In this document: one piece after another, positions 1 through 7,374 of the stretch
Layout of the letters: every line of letters begins with the position of its first letter
Numbering within the stretch: the first letter of the stretch is position 1
DNA from: a virus
Taxonomy: Duplodnaviria > Caudoviricetes
Virus record (IMG/VR): IMGVR_UViG_3300009566_000045
Coordinates: 1 to 41,592 of that record
Reading direction: 5' to 3' (one strand)
Length of the DNA stretch: 41,592 bases
The notes under the pieces: model-generated
Told to the model about the DNA's origin: nothing
What the model saw: only the letters and a program-made list of their open reading frames with translations
The model's database searches: none
Position numbers and translations under genes: made by a program

Positions 1-720
1 CACGATGAGCCCGTCAGACATAGACGCCATTGCATCTTTCAAGGACTGGCTGACGAATTCCGTTTGCTCCAGGGCATTTGCCAGTTGCAGATCGTTCTCG
101 ATGATCTTGGCCATGGCGGCAATTATTGCCAGTGTATGGGGATGCTGGGATGCCATTTCATGGCTAGCGGTCATATTAAGCGCACCGATGACTTCTCCCC
201 GCTCATCATGAATCGGCGCTGCGACACACATGCATGGATGCAGCAATTGCGCATAATGCTCCTCTGCCATCATTTCGAAGGGCTGGTCGTGCCAAATGGC
301 CATACCCGGTGCCGTGGTCCCAACATATTTCTCATGGAGCGATGTCCCGTGCCTAAGGTTGCAAACTTGCACTGCATAGTCCCATATTGGCCCTTCCCCC
401 ATGAATTCAAGTAAATAGCCTTCCTTATTCTGCAAGATAATTAAAACATCTATCTTCTTGATATAATGGTAAAAACTCTTCATGACCCGCTGCGCAGAGG
501 TGATAAGAAAACTGTTCTGGGTTAGAAGAGATTTTGACTGCTCATCATTCAGAACGAGGGGTATGTCATTTAGGCGCGGATCCACACCATACACCCTGGA
601 TCTTTCCCAGGATGCCATGATTTCGGGTCGCACTGTATCCCCCATGACCGCCTCTCCGCAGACGAAATCATTCCAGGCTTTCTGGATGTTCTGCTTAATA
701 TCTGTTTGCTTGTTTTCCAT
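1..720 (-). CDS. N-terminal (GAF) part of an AcoR-like sigma-54-dependent transcriptional regulator; host gene, runs off the left edge
   Basis: Manual minus-strand translation from ATG at 720 gives MENKQTDIKQNIQKAWNDFV...VRPEIMASWERSRVYGVDP...EKYVGTTAPG. SWxRS..GVDP and ExxVGTxAxG are typical of the AcoR-type GAF N-terminus. Not in the ORF track, presumably because no stop falls in the window. Confidence 0.75.
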   Translation of the reverse strand, partial: MENKQTDIKQNIQKAWNDFVCGEAVMGDTVRPEIMASWERSRVYGVDPRLNDIPLVLNDEQSKSLLTQNSFLITSAQRVMKSFYHYIKKIDVLIILQNKEGYLLEFMGEGPIWDYAVQVCNLRHGTSLHEKYVGTTAPGMAIWHDQPFEMMAEEHYAQLLHPCMCVAAPIHDERGEVIGALNMTASHEMASQHPHTLAIIAAMAKIIENDLQLANALEQTEFVSQSLKDAMASMSDGLIV

Positions 721-1012
721 GGTGTCCACAATCAGGGAAACGAGTTGTCATCAATCCCCGACAGAGACTGCGTGGGGAAGATAAGAATAACCGGAACGGA
801 ATTGTAAGTCAATGAGACTTAACCTGTTTGACCTCCATGCGGGGGCTTTGCAAGGAGTCGGTGCGGAGGGACTCAGCAGGAAGGTTAAGCCTCCTTTTTC
901 GGTTCATTTACACCCTCAGACCAAGAAAACCGTGACCCCTTTTCGGGGTGCAAAATCCAATATTCGTCAGCCAGACAAAAAAGAGGGCAGGCTGTTTGCC
1001 TAACCCACTAAT

Positions 1013-1102
1013 TTAATTGGCGCTCTCCACGGCCGCCTCGGCTTCCTGCCGGGTCATGTCCAACTCGTCCTGAATCAATTTAATGATGTGAATCTTGTTC
1101 AT
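1013..1102 (-). pseudogene. Truncated HU/IHF-family DNA-binding protein (first two helices only, 29 aa)
   Basis: GAGGGG RBS, then MNKIHIIKLIQDELDMTRQEAEAAVESAN*. This matches the HU/IHF N-terminal pattern MNKxxLIxxIxxxxxxxxxEAxxAV and stops abruptly. Confidence 0.6.
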
Positions 1103-1294
1103 AGACCCCTCAAAACAGAATTGAATCGCTATCTAATGACCTGCCCCCCAAAAGCGGATCCAGTTTTCGGGGAGAAGGTCAATGTATCAAGGATGATGAT
1201 CACCCGAAATGTGCATTGGATGTATCAATGATTAATATTGGGGAAATCGGTCTGGAGGGGAACTATGACTCGTTGGGACGGATTTGCTGCTTGG

Positions 1295-1366
1295 TCTCTT
1301 TGGCCTTCTTGCGTCCCGGGGGAGTCTTACCGACTCTGCCCGAGAACGCGAAGAAGGCTTTAGAGA
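1295..1366 (-). other. Long imperfect RNA hairpin just 3' of the peptide ORF cluster
   Basis: Minus strand reads TCTCT..GCCTTCTT-CGCGT-TCTCGGG-CAGAGTC [GGTAA] GACTCC-CCCGGGA-CGC-AAGAAGGC..AGAGA. It pairs better on the minus strand (G-U). No U-tract follows. Confidence 0.6.
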
Positions 1367-1380
1367 GAAAAGAGTTATAT

Positions 1381-1488
1381 TTAGAGCCCCTTGGGGATCT
1401 CAATCGGGGTGGCCATGGGGTCGACCCAACCGGCAATGGCTTTCTTGGTCAAACCCTTCGCACGCTTTGTGGTATCTACCTTCTTCAT
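1381..1488 (-). CDS. 35-aa basic peptide with WVDPMxxP motif
   Basis: AAGGAGG RBS; MKKVDTTKRAKGLTKKAIAGWVDPMATPIEIPKGL*. Confidence 0.6.
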   Translation of the reverse strand: MKKVDTTKRAKGLTKKAIAGWVDPMATPIEIPKGL

Positions 1489-1534
1489 GATCCTTCCTCC
1501 TTCTTTCTTGCGTTATATCTATGCGTTACGTTGT

Positions 1535-1642
1535 TTATCTGTCAAAGTGAGGGAAGCACATGGGATCGATCCAGATCCCGCCGACCTTATGAACCCGATG
1601 CTTGCCCTCCGTCTTTCGCTCCGCTGCCCTTGCTGTCTTCAT
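1535..1642 (-). CDS. 35-aa basic peptide with WIDPMxxP motif
   Basis: AGGAGG RBS; MKTARAAERKTEGKHRVHKVGGIWIDPMCFPHFDR*. Confidence 0.6.
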   Translation of the reverse strand: MKTARAAERKTEGKHRVHKVGGIWIDPMCFPHFDR

Positions 1643-1672
1643 GATAAGCCCTCCTCTCTCTTCGATATGGCT

Positions 1673-1822
1673 TCAGATGATCTTGTAAGGTGCCCTCCTG
1701 ACGACTTCCCTGCCGCCATGAGGCAAGTTGTCGGTGGTGGTTCTTCCCAGTATGTGCTTCTGGGGGCTGAATTCCAGCCGTCCGCTCGTCCTCACGCCGA
1801 TCATTCCGGTTTCTGTCATCAT
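1673..1822 (-). CDS. 49-aa hypothetical peptide
   Basis: GGAGG RBS; MMTETGMIGVRTSGRLEFSPQKHILGRTTTDNLPHGGREVVRRAPYKII*; co-oriented with and closely upstream of the two 35-aa ORFs. Confidence 0.4.
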   Translation of the reverse strand: MMTETGMIGVRTSGRLEFSPQKHILGRTTTDNLPHGGREVVRRAPYKII

Positions 1823-2071
1823 GGTTTGGGTACCTCCATTCATCTTTGTTCCCTTGGTTCGATTGCAGGGTAAGGCAAGCCCCGTTTTTCAACAATCAGC
1901 GTCGGTCTTAATTACAAGCAGAAAATTGACGGGATGTCTCACCGGACTCGGAGGGATCTGTCATCGGAAGGATGGCGGGTACCCTCATAGGTGTTTATCC
2001 GATAGGCGTGGAAGGGTGGATTGCCAGGGACTGAATGCGTCACAGATGATCATCGGGTGAAGGGGGTAAGC

Positions 2072-2280
2072 TATTCGGTGACACCGGGACTATCCGGGAT
2101 TTGGCTGGACTTGTTGCCAGTAGATGGAGATCAACTAGTGACCATTTCGCTAAATGGATTGAGCTATTAGAAAAATGGGCCGCGCCAGGAATGCGCTGCA
2201 GTGGATATATTCGGAGACACCTTGTCGCGGAATCGGTTCATAAAAATACCTGAAGATTAAGAAATAATATCGGTGACAGA
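2072..2280. repeat. Three dispersed direct repeats, candidate transposase-binding sites of the left end
   Basis: TATTCGGTGACACC (2072-2085), TATTCGGAGACACC (2208-2221), ATATCGGTGACAGA (2267-2280). Related inverted words TGTCTCACCGGA at 1935 and TGTCATCGGA at 1959. Confidence 0.5.
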
Positions 2281-2325
2281 ATGATAGGGTACGTTGCACA
2301 TCTACGAATGGTGATTCGTTAACTC

Positions 2326-2568
2326 CTATTTCTCTTTCCTCTGGCATTTCAATCGCATTCCATCACCAACAAGGTGAAAAGGTTTGTCAATAACACACAA
2401 CACATTTTCTCTTAGAGACACTTCCTGAATCTTGTGGGTAGATGTACCATGAACTACAATCACTCTACCGATATCTCTTGCTTGAGCGATGACTTTTTCG
2501 GCGGCAAGAGCGTCTCCATGATCACGAATTACTCTTTTTGCTAACTTTCTTAGCCTTTCTCTTTCCAT
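2326..2568 (-). CDS. Small hypothetical protein (80 aa) overlapping the end of the Dcd-fold gene
   Basis: GAGG RBS before the ATG of MERERLRKLAKRVIRDHG...; no recognisable family. Confidence 0.35.
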   Translation of the reverse strand: MERERLRKLAKRVIRDHGDALAAEKVIAQARDIGRVIVVHGTSTHKIQEVSLRENVLCVIDKPFHLVGDGMRLKCQRKEK

Positions 2569-3454
2569 TTGATTGCCTCTTCCCCTCGCTCTCAATAATT
2601 CCTTCCTTTTGGAGTTGTTCGCATGCTCGAATGACTGTTGAGTAATCAAGTTGAAGAGTATCCGCTATGTCACTATAATAAAGGATGCCATGTTTTCTAA
2701 AAAGAGAAACAATTTCATCCATTGCCTGCTGAAGACTGATTTGTCGAGCTTCTATAGTTATAGGTTTGTCCGCTGGCCTCGCAGATTCAGCAATTTGCTG
2801 AGCAAGTTGAGATAGAGCCTGAGTCTGCATTCGCATTTCATTCATGAAATCTTCAAACTTAGTTGCTAAACCTCCCCACTGCCTCACGTGCTGAGACAAT
2901 TCTCCAAACTGGTTTTGCATTTGTGAAAGATTCAATCCCTCCAATCTAACCATGTCTTCCAGTATCTCAGGGCTTATATCTTGCCTATGTTGATAGGGCC
3001 CCTCATAAACTTTTTCTGGAACTACTTCTAACTGATGGAATTCAATTGAAAGAAAGGTTTCCTTGTATGATACAATATGAGATGCTGGCGTGAGATTCAG
3101 TAAAGACACAAACAATTTACCGTCAAATCCGGGATCTACTTGCGGGCCCGTTGAAGCAAGAAGTCCTCGACGAGCAAATCCTGATTTCAACCCAAATCGC
3201 CCAATCATGTCTGATGGCAAAAGAAGAGATTCATATGTCATCAACACAGATGTCCCGTATGGAGGAATTCTATGCCATCCACCATTCCTTGAGACATCGA
3301 CGGGCTTATCCGGTGTGGGTGATGATGGCGAATAAATAAGAGGACCGATCCTGAGGTCATAGCTGGCAGGCTGAAGGCATGTCTCATCGAAATTCACGAT
3401 GCCAAGGCGGCCATCCTTGACCCGTGCACGTATTTGATGATCTACTAGGACCAT
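2522..3454 (-). CDS. Trimeric dCTP deaminase/dUTPase-fold domain fused to a helical linker and a C-terminal winged HTH
   Basis: LQPASYDLRIG, GLKSGFARRGL and QVDPGFDGKL motifs; C-terminal YYSDIADTLQLDYSTVIRACEQLQKEGIIE fits a wHTH; AAAGGAGG RBS. Confidence 0.8.
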   Translation of the reverse strand: MVLVDHQIRARVKDGRLGIVNFDETCLQPASYDLRIGPLIYSPSSPTPDKPVDVSRNGGWHRIPPYGTSVLMTYESLLLPSDMIGRFGLKSGFARRGLLASTGPQVDPGFDGKLFVSLLNLTPASHIVSYKETFLSIEFHQLEVVPEKVYEGPYQHRQDISPEILEDMVRLEGLNLSQMQNQFGELSQHVRQWGGLATKFEDFMNEMRMQTQALSQLAQQIAESARPADKPITIEARQISLQQAMDEIVSLFRKHGILYYSDIADTLQLDYSTVIRACEQLQKEGIIESEGKRQSNGKRKAKKVSKKSNS

Positions 3455-3528
3455 TTTAGGCCTCCTTTCAGAACAATCAAGCGGCTCAATTGATATTGAT
3501 TCCCCTCTTCATTTTGCAACGTCTCTAA

Positions 3529-4197
3529 TTACGGGATGTAATTACATTTGGACAATTCCTTGCGTTCACAATCATCATCTGTACAATTAGACGGACCGAT
3601 ACCAAGGCTTTGGCCACCATACTTATCAAACCGAACGACTCTGCTCATTCTAGTGATTCTGTGTTTATCAAGTTCAAAACCATCAGTATATTCAGCTTCC
3701 CATACAAGAAACACATCCGTTTCCATTTTTCTAGCTGACTCGATTATTCCCAAAGGGATTGCGCCCGCCTGTAACTGAAGTGCCTGTTTTGGCCCAATAA
3801 CCTTCGGAGCTTCTGTTATTGACCATCTTACTAGCCCAAAGGGGTCTGAAACTGTGTTCAGTTTTCTAGAGATATAAGCGTGCCGTATAAGAACATTCCT
3901 AGCGGGCATATTCCCGGCATTATGCACAGTTAACCCAATACCCAAGTTGATTGGGTTGTGAGAAGGATATAGAAACAAATTGGGATCACCAAAATATATA
4001 AAGGCCCTATCTCGCAGGCGCGAGGTTTGATCTGTCTTCCAAAGAATCCACCCCTGAAAACAACCAACTATTACAAGAAAGAAGGTAAAAGCGGCCAATA
4101 GCACATTTGCGGTGGAGGGATCATGCCACCACACGCAGTCGCAAGGTCGATCATCTTTTTTTCGAGTATCATTCGAGGCATCTTTATTATTCGTCAT
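3529..4197 (-). CDS. Hypothetical single-TM membrane protein (AT-rich cargo)
   Basis: Hydrophobic VLLAAFTFFLVIVGCFQGWILW followed by a beta-rich soluble domain. Confidence 0.65.
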   Translation of the reverse strand: MTNNKDASNDTRKKDDRPCDCVWWHDPSTANVLLAAFTFFLVIVGCFQGWILWKTDQTSRLRDRAFIYFGDPNLFLYPSHNPINLGIGLTVHNAGNMPARNVLIRHAYISRKLNTVSDPFGLVRWSITEAPKVIGPKQALQLQAGAIPLGIIESARKMETDVFLVWEAEYTDGFELDKHRITRMSRVVRFDKYGGQSLGIGPSNCTDDDCERKELSKCNYIP

Positions 4198-4344
4198 AAG
4201 AACCGGAAGGTATTAATCTAATTCTATCTACAACTTCTCGTTCAAATTCTTGGAAATCTGTTCACTGCCCTTCCCATTAATTGATACATAGTAAAAACGT
4301 CGGCTGAGATATTTCTTTAACCACTTAGGTGATTCGACAGACTA

Positions 4345-5340
4345 TCACTTCTTGGGCAAAACAGCCTTTATGATCTCAAATACTTTTATGTCTGATTCAC
4401 CAGATTGTGATGGTGCATCGATGTATCCAGTCGATACATTACTAAAGACTGATTTTGCTGCTTCATGTACAATAGAATCTCTAATGCCAGAATCTTCAGT
4501 TGCTGCAGAAAAAGCATTTAAAGTTTGAATGCTTAATGCTCGATGACGATTTATGGTTGCCTGATGCATTAACGCTTTATAGATCTTGCCACACCAGACA
4601 GTGGTCGTCACTAGAACGACAAGAATGAAAAATTTCGATCCTATAGTATGATAGAATGCCTTATCTTGGAGACCAATTGGAGGAAAGATCAACATCAGCG
4701 AAGCTACAATTATGCTTAACATTACAAAGAAGGTCGTCACTTTAAGCCATCCATATGCCACTTCCTTAAGTGCTTCACTTTCATTCTTGAAATCTTCAGT
4801 AAATACTGCGGCACCTGCCGAAGCAGATGCTTCACGTGCCGCTTTTATTATGTCCTGAATTTCCTTTTCCTTGTTTGAAATCTCCTGTTTGGTCGTTAAA
4901 AGTAATTCATGAGAATCTCTCACTGCTTCCGTTAAACTTTCAATATTTTTCGCCACATCACCTTTTTGATAAGCTAAAAAAGGAATCCATGCCGCTGCTT
5001 GAGTATAAAGAGAATCTGCCCGACTCTTAATTTCATTAATAAAAGTGTCCCGTTGGTTTGCCGGGTTTTCTCTTTCGATTGTGAATTGTACGATGCGGCC
5101 GAATAATCCATTTACATTATTGATTTCGGTCTTGATTGAATTCATGGCAGCCTGCGGTAAGACTTCGAAAGGCAACACTTTTAAGTACTCAATTATACTG
5201 AATATTCTATTGTAGTCGTGACGTGCAGCTTCAAGTGTAATCGAGCCCCATTCACTTTTGTGAATTAATGCTTCCTTATCAAAGATTAACAGGGCGTCAA
5301 TTTTCTCTTTGAGTTCGATGTAAGCGGGGTTTTCGGACAT
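4345..5340 (-). CDS. Coiled-coil protein with two TM helices (AT-rich cargo)
   Basis: Long helical N-terminus; TMs WLKVTTFFVMLSIIVASLMLIF and FFILVVLVTTTVWC; GGAG RBS. Confidence 0.75.
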   Translation of the reverse strand: MSENPAYIELKEKIDALLIFDKEALIHKSEWGSITLEAARHDYNRIFSIIEYLKVLPFEVLPQAAMNSIKTEINNVNGLFGRIVQFTIERENPANQRDTFINEIKSRADSLYTQAAAWIPFLAYQKGDVAKNIESLTEAVRDSHELLLTTKQEISNKEKEIQDIIKAAREASASAGAAVFTEDFKNESEALKEVAYGWLKVTTFFVMLSIIVASLMLIFPPIGLQDKAFYHTIGSKFFILVVLVTTTVWCGKIYKALMHQATINRHRALSIQTLNAFSAATEDSGIRDSIVHEAAKSVFSNVSTGYIDAPSQSGESDIKVFEIIKAVLPKK

Positions 5341-5410
5341 TATTATTCTCCAATATCAGAGTTGTGATATGAATAATAACACTTTCAGATCTCAGACAAT
5401 TCACTGTTAT

Positions 5411-6106
5411 TTATCTCTCCAAGTCCCTCCCATACCAGATCACTTTTCCATTGACGCGGACTTGGTCGATGGGTGCCTCGATCGGCTCGTATTGTTTGTT
5501 GTCGCTGATGATGCGGAGGTGACCCTCAGGGAAAAGGATCTGGACGCGCTTGATCATGATCTCGTGGTTGATGGAGATCGCATAAATGCCACCCTGGGGA
5601 GCGATGGCGGTCTTGTTGTGATCCACCAGGATCAGGTCGCCAGAGAGTAGCGTGGGCTCCATACTGTCGCCCTGAACCTTGATCAGAGACATGTTCTCCG
5701 GCTTTCCCTTTCGTTTTATCCAATCCTTCCGGAAGGCAAGGATGAGATCCACTTCGTCGTCCGGAGATAGGCCGCCGCCAGCGCTGATCTTGCCCCGGAC
5801 TTGGCGGATCAATACGAAGTCATTCGGTGGGAAACCCGGTGCCACGACTTTGTCACTCATCAATGGAAATGGCTGCCCCTCGCCAGTGAGCAGCCATTCA
5901 AGTGTACAGCCGTAGAAACCAACAATCTTCTTTGCGTTCTCAGAATTCGGCTTATTACGACTATATTCAATATTCTGGTACGTGCTGTATTTGATCCCTA
6001 AGGCCTTAGCAGCCTCTTGCTGGTTGAAACCACGCTCTTTCCGAAGCCATATTACCCGCTCCGAGAGCTTCTTAAACACGCCTTCGCTGTTATTTTTCTC
6101 GTCCAT
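5411..6106 (-). CDS. CI-like repressor, XRE HTH + S24 autopeptidase
   Basis: HTH (QQEAAKALGIKYSTYQNIE), A-G cleavage site (ISAGGG), catalytic Ser (GDSMEP) and Lys (IKR). Start placed at the ATG at 6106 after a GGAG RBS rather than at 6163. Confidence 0.92.
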   Translation of the reverse strand: MDEKNNSEGVFKKLSERVIWLRKERGFNQQEAAKALGIKYSTYQNIEYSRNKPNSENAKKIVGFYGCTLEWLLTGEGQPFPLMSDKVVAPGFPPNDFVLIRQVRGKISAGGGLSPDDEVDLILAFRKDWIKRKGKPENMSLIKVQGDSMEPTLLSGDLILVDHNKTAIAPQGGIYAISINHEIMIKRVQILFPEGHLRIISDNKQYEPIEAPIDQVRVNGKVIWYGRDLER

Positions 6107-6135
6107 TCTCTCCCAAACCAATGTCCTAAATGAAT

Positions 6136-6256
6136 GAACAACGTTCCCGGAAACGTTGTTCACGAACGTTGTTCACGTTGTACACCATACTATATATCAA
6201 TACAATCAATATGTTATCGGATTTTTCGTCCCAAAAAGGCTGAATCAACGTTGTTC
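6136..6256. promoter_or_regulatory. Operator-like repeats between repressor and Cro/Ner
   Basis: AACGTTGTTC at 6152, 6165 and 6247; inverted copy GAACAACGTT at 6136; degenerate ACGTTGTAC at 6175. Confidence 0.65.
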
Positions 6257-6343
6257 TCCCAAAAAGGCCTTGACTGTTCATCGAAATGGGAGTAATGGGT
6301 TCAATAAATAAGCTAATCCTCCATTGAAAAAGGGAGGCCCTTC

Positions 6344-6655
6344 ATGGGCAACAGGAAGCCCACCCCGTCAATTACCAGGAAACCAAAATCAATGGACATG
6401 AGTGCTGTCGACATCCGGCTCGCCCTGCTTCGCGCTGGCGTAACCCAGGCTGAAATCGCCCGGAAGATCGGCGTCTCACAAACCGCCGTCCATCGGATCA
6501 TCGAAGGGATGAATGTCTCCCACCGTATCCGGAAGGCCATCTCCGAGGCCATCGATACCCCCTTGGGGTTGATCTGGCCCTCGGCCTATTTATTCGGCGG
6601 CCCGAGGAAACCGGGCCGGCCGAGTTGTAAACCGGTGGAAAGAAGAGCTGCCTGA
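6344..6655 (+). CDS. Cro/Ner-like HTH regulator
   Basis: TQAEIARKIGVSQTAVHRII HTH; 'IWPS.Y' as in the Ner family; divergent from the repressor; GGAGG RBS. Confidence 0.85.
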   Translation: MGNRKPTPSITRKPKSMDMSAVDIRLALLRAGVTQAEIARKIGVSQTAVHRIIEGMNVSHRIRKAISEAIDTPLGLIWPSAYLFGGPRKPGRPSCKPVERRAA

Positions 6656-6694
6656 CTTTTGGGGTATTCTTAACCAATTTTTAGCGGGCCTGCA

Positions 6695-7171
6695 ATGTCA
6701 AAAAGCAAAAAAAGAATAGACATTCACCAGCTTTCCATCTTCGAAATCCTTGAAAGCGCCCAGTCCTCGGCCCCGGTGCATAGCAATCCACCTGGAAGCC
6801 TGGATGTCGACCGACAGTTCCGGGAGGTCGTCAGCGAGGCCCTCCGGAAGTGCCCCCTCTCCCGTTACCAGGTGGCGGCGCGGATGAGCGAGCTGGTCGG
6901 CCAGGACATTACGAAGACAATGCTCGACAGCTGGACGGCGGAGTCCAAGGAAGGACACCGCTTTCCGGCTGTTTTTTTGCCCGCCTTCTGTGAGGCGACG
7001 GGTTCCCAGGAGCCACTTCGGTTCCTGGGACAACTCGTGGGCGTCTTCGTCCTCCCTGGACCGGAAGCCCTTCGGGCGGAGATCCGGAAGATCGAGGAAG
7101 AGATCGAGAAGAAACAGGCGGAAAAACGGAAGCGCATGACATTTCTCAAGGAAATGGAGGCAGACCGATGA
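6695..7171 (+). CDS. Phage early regulatory protein (CII-like DNA-binding)
   Basis: SRYQVAARMSEL..ITKTMLDSWTAESK..HRFP pattern that I recognise from genes between ner and A in Mu-like prophages. Confidence 0.65.
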   Translation: MSKSKKRIDIHQLSIFEILESAQSSAPVHSNPPGSLDVDRQFREVVSEALRKCPLSRYQVAARMSELVGQDITKTMLDSWTAESKEGHRFPAVFLPAFCEATGSQEPLRFLGQLVGVFVLPGPEALRAEIRKIEEEIEKKQAEKRKRMTFLKEMEADR

Positions 7172-7371
7172 CGGCGAGAGAGATCGCGGAGATGATGGCC
7201 AGGACCGAATCCAAGGTCCTTATCAGCGACTGGCAGGACCTTGCTGGGCGGTTCGTGGGTTGGATGGACCGACTCATCGACAGTTCTGCCCTGGGGCGAA
7301 TCATTCGAGGCTTCCTCATCTTTGCCTCCGGCTACTTCCTGGGAATCTTCGTTAACGTCCTGAACAGGTAG
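7168..7371 (+). CDS. Small hypothetical protein with C-terminal TM helix
   Basis: ATGA overlap with the upstream gene; hydrophobic C-terminus. Confidence 0.6.
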   Translation: MTAREIAEMMARTESKVLISDWQDLAGRFVGWMDRLIDSSALGRIIRGFLIFASGYFLGIFVNVLNR

Positions 7372-7374
7372 GAG

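Noticed and set aside
1018-1090. Possible tRNA ending in GCGCCA
   Set aside because: No T-arm (GTTCRA) or cloverleaf upstream; the sequence reads as HU-like coding DNA.
1587-1895. 102-aa minus-strand ORF from the track, and the overlapping plus-strand ORFs at 1216-2060
   Set aside because: Weak starts and no RBS. Smaller ORFs in other frames have strong RBSs and a shared motif.
2150-2347. 65-aa ORF at the left end
   Set aside because: It overlaps the putative end-binding repeats, has no convincing RBS and no recognisable features.
6136-6256. CRISPR-like or mini-array interpretation of the AACGTTGTTC repeats
   Set aside because: The repeats are 10 bp, irregularly spaced and in both orientations between divergent regulators, which fits operators.
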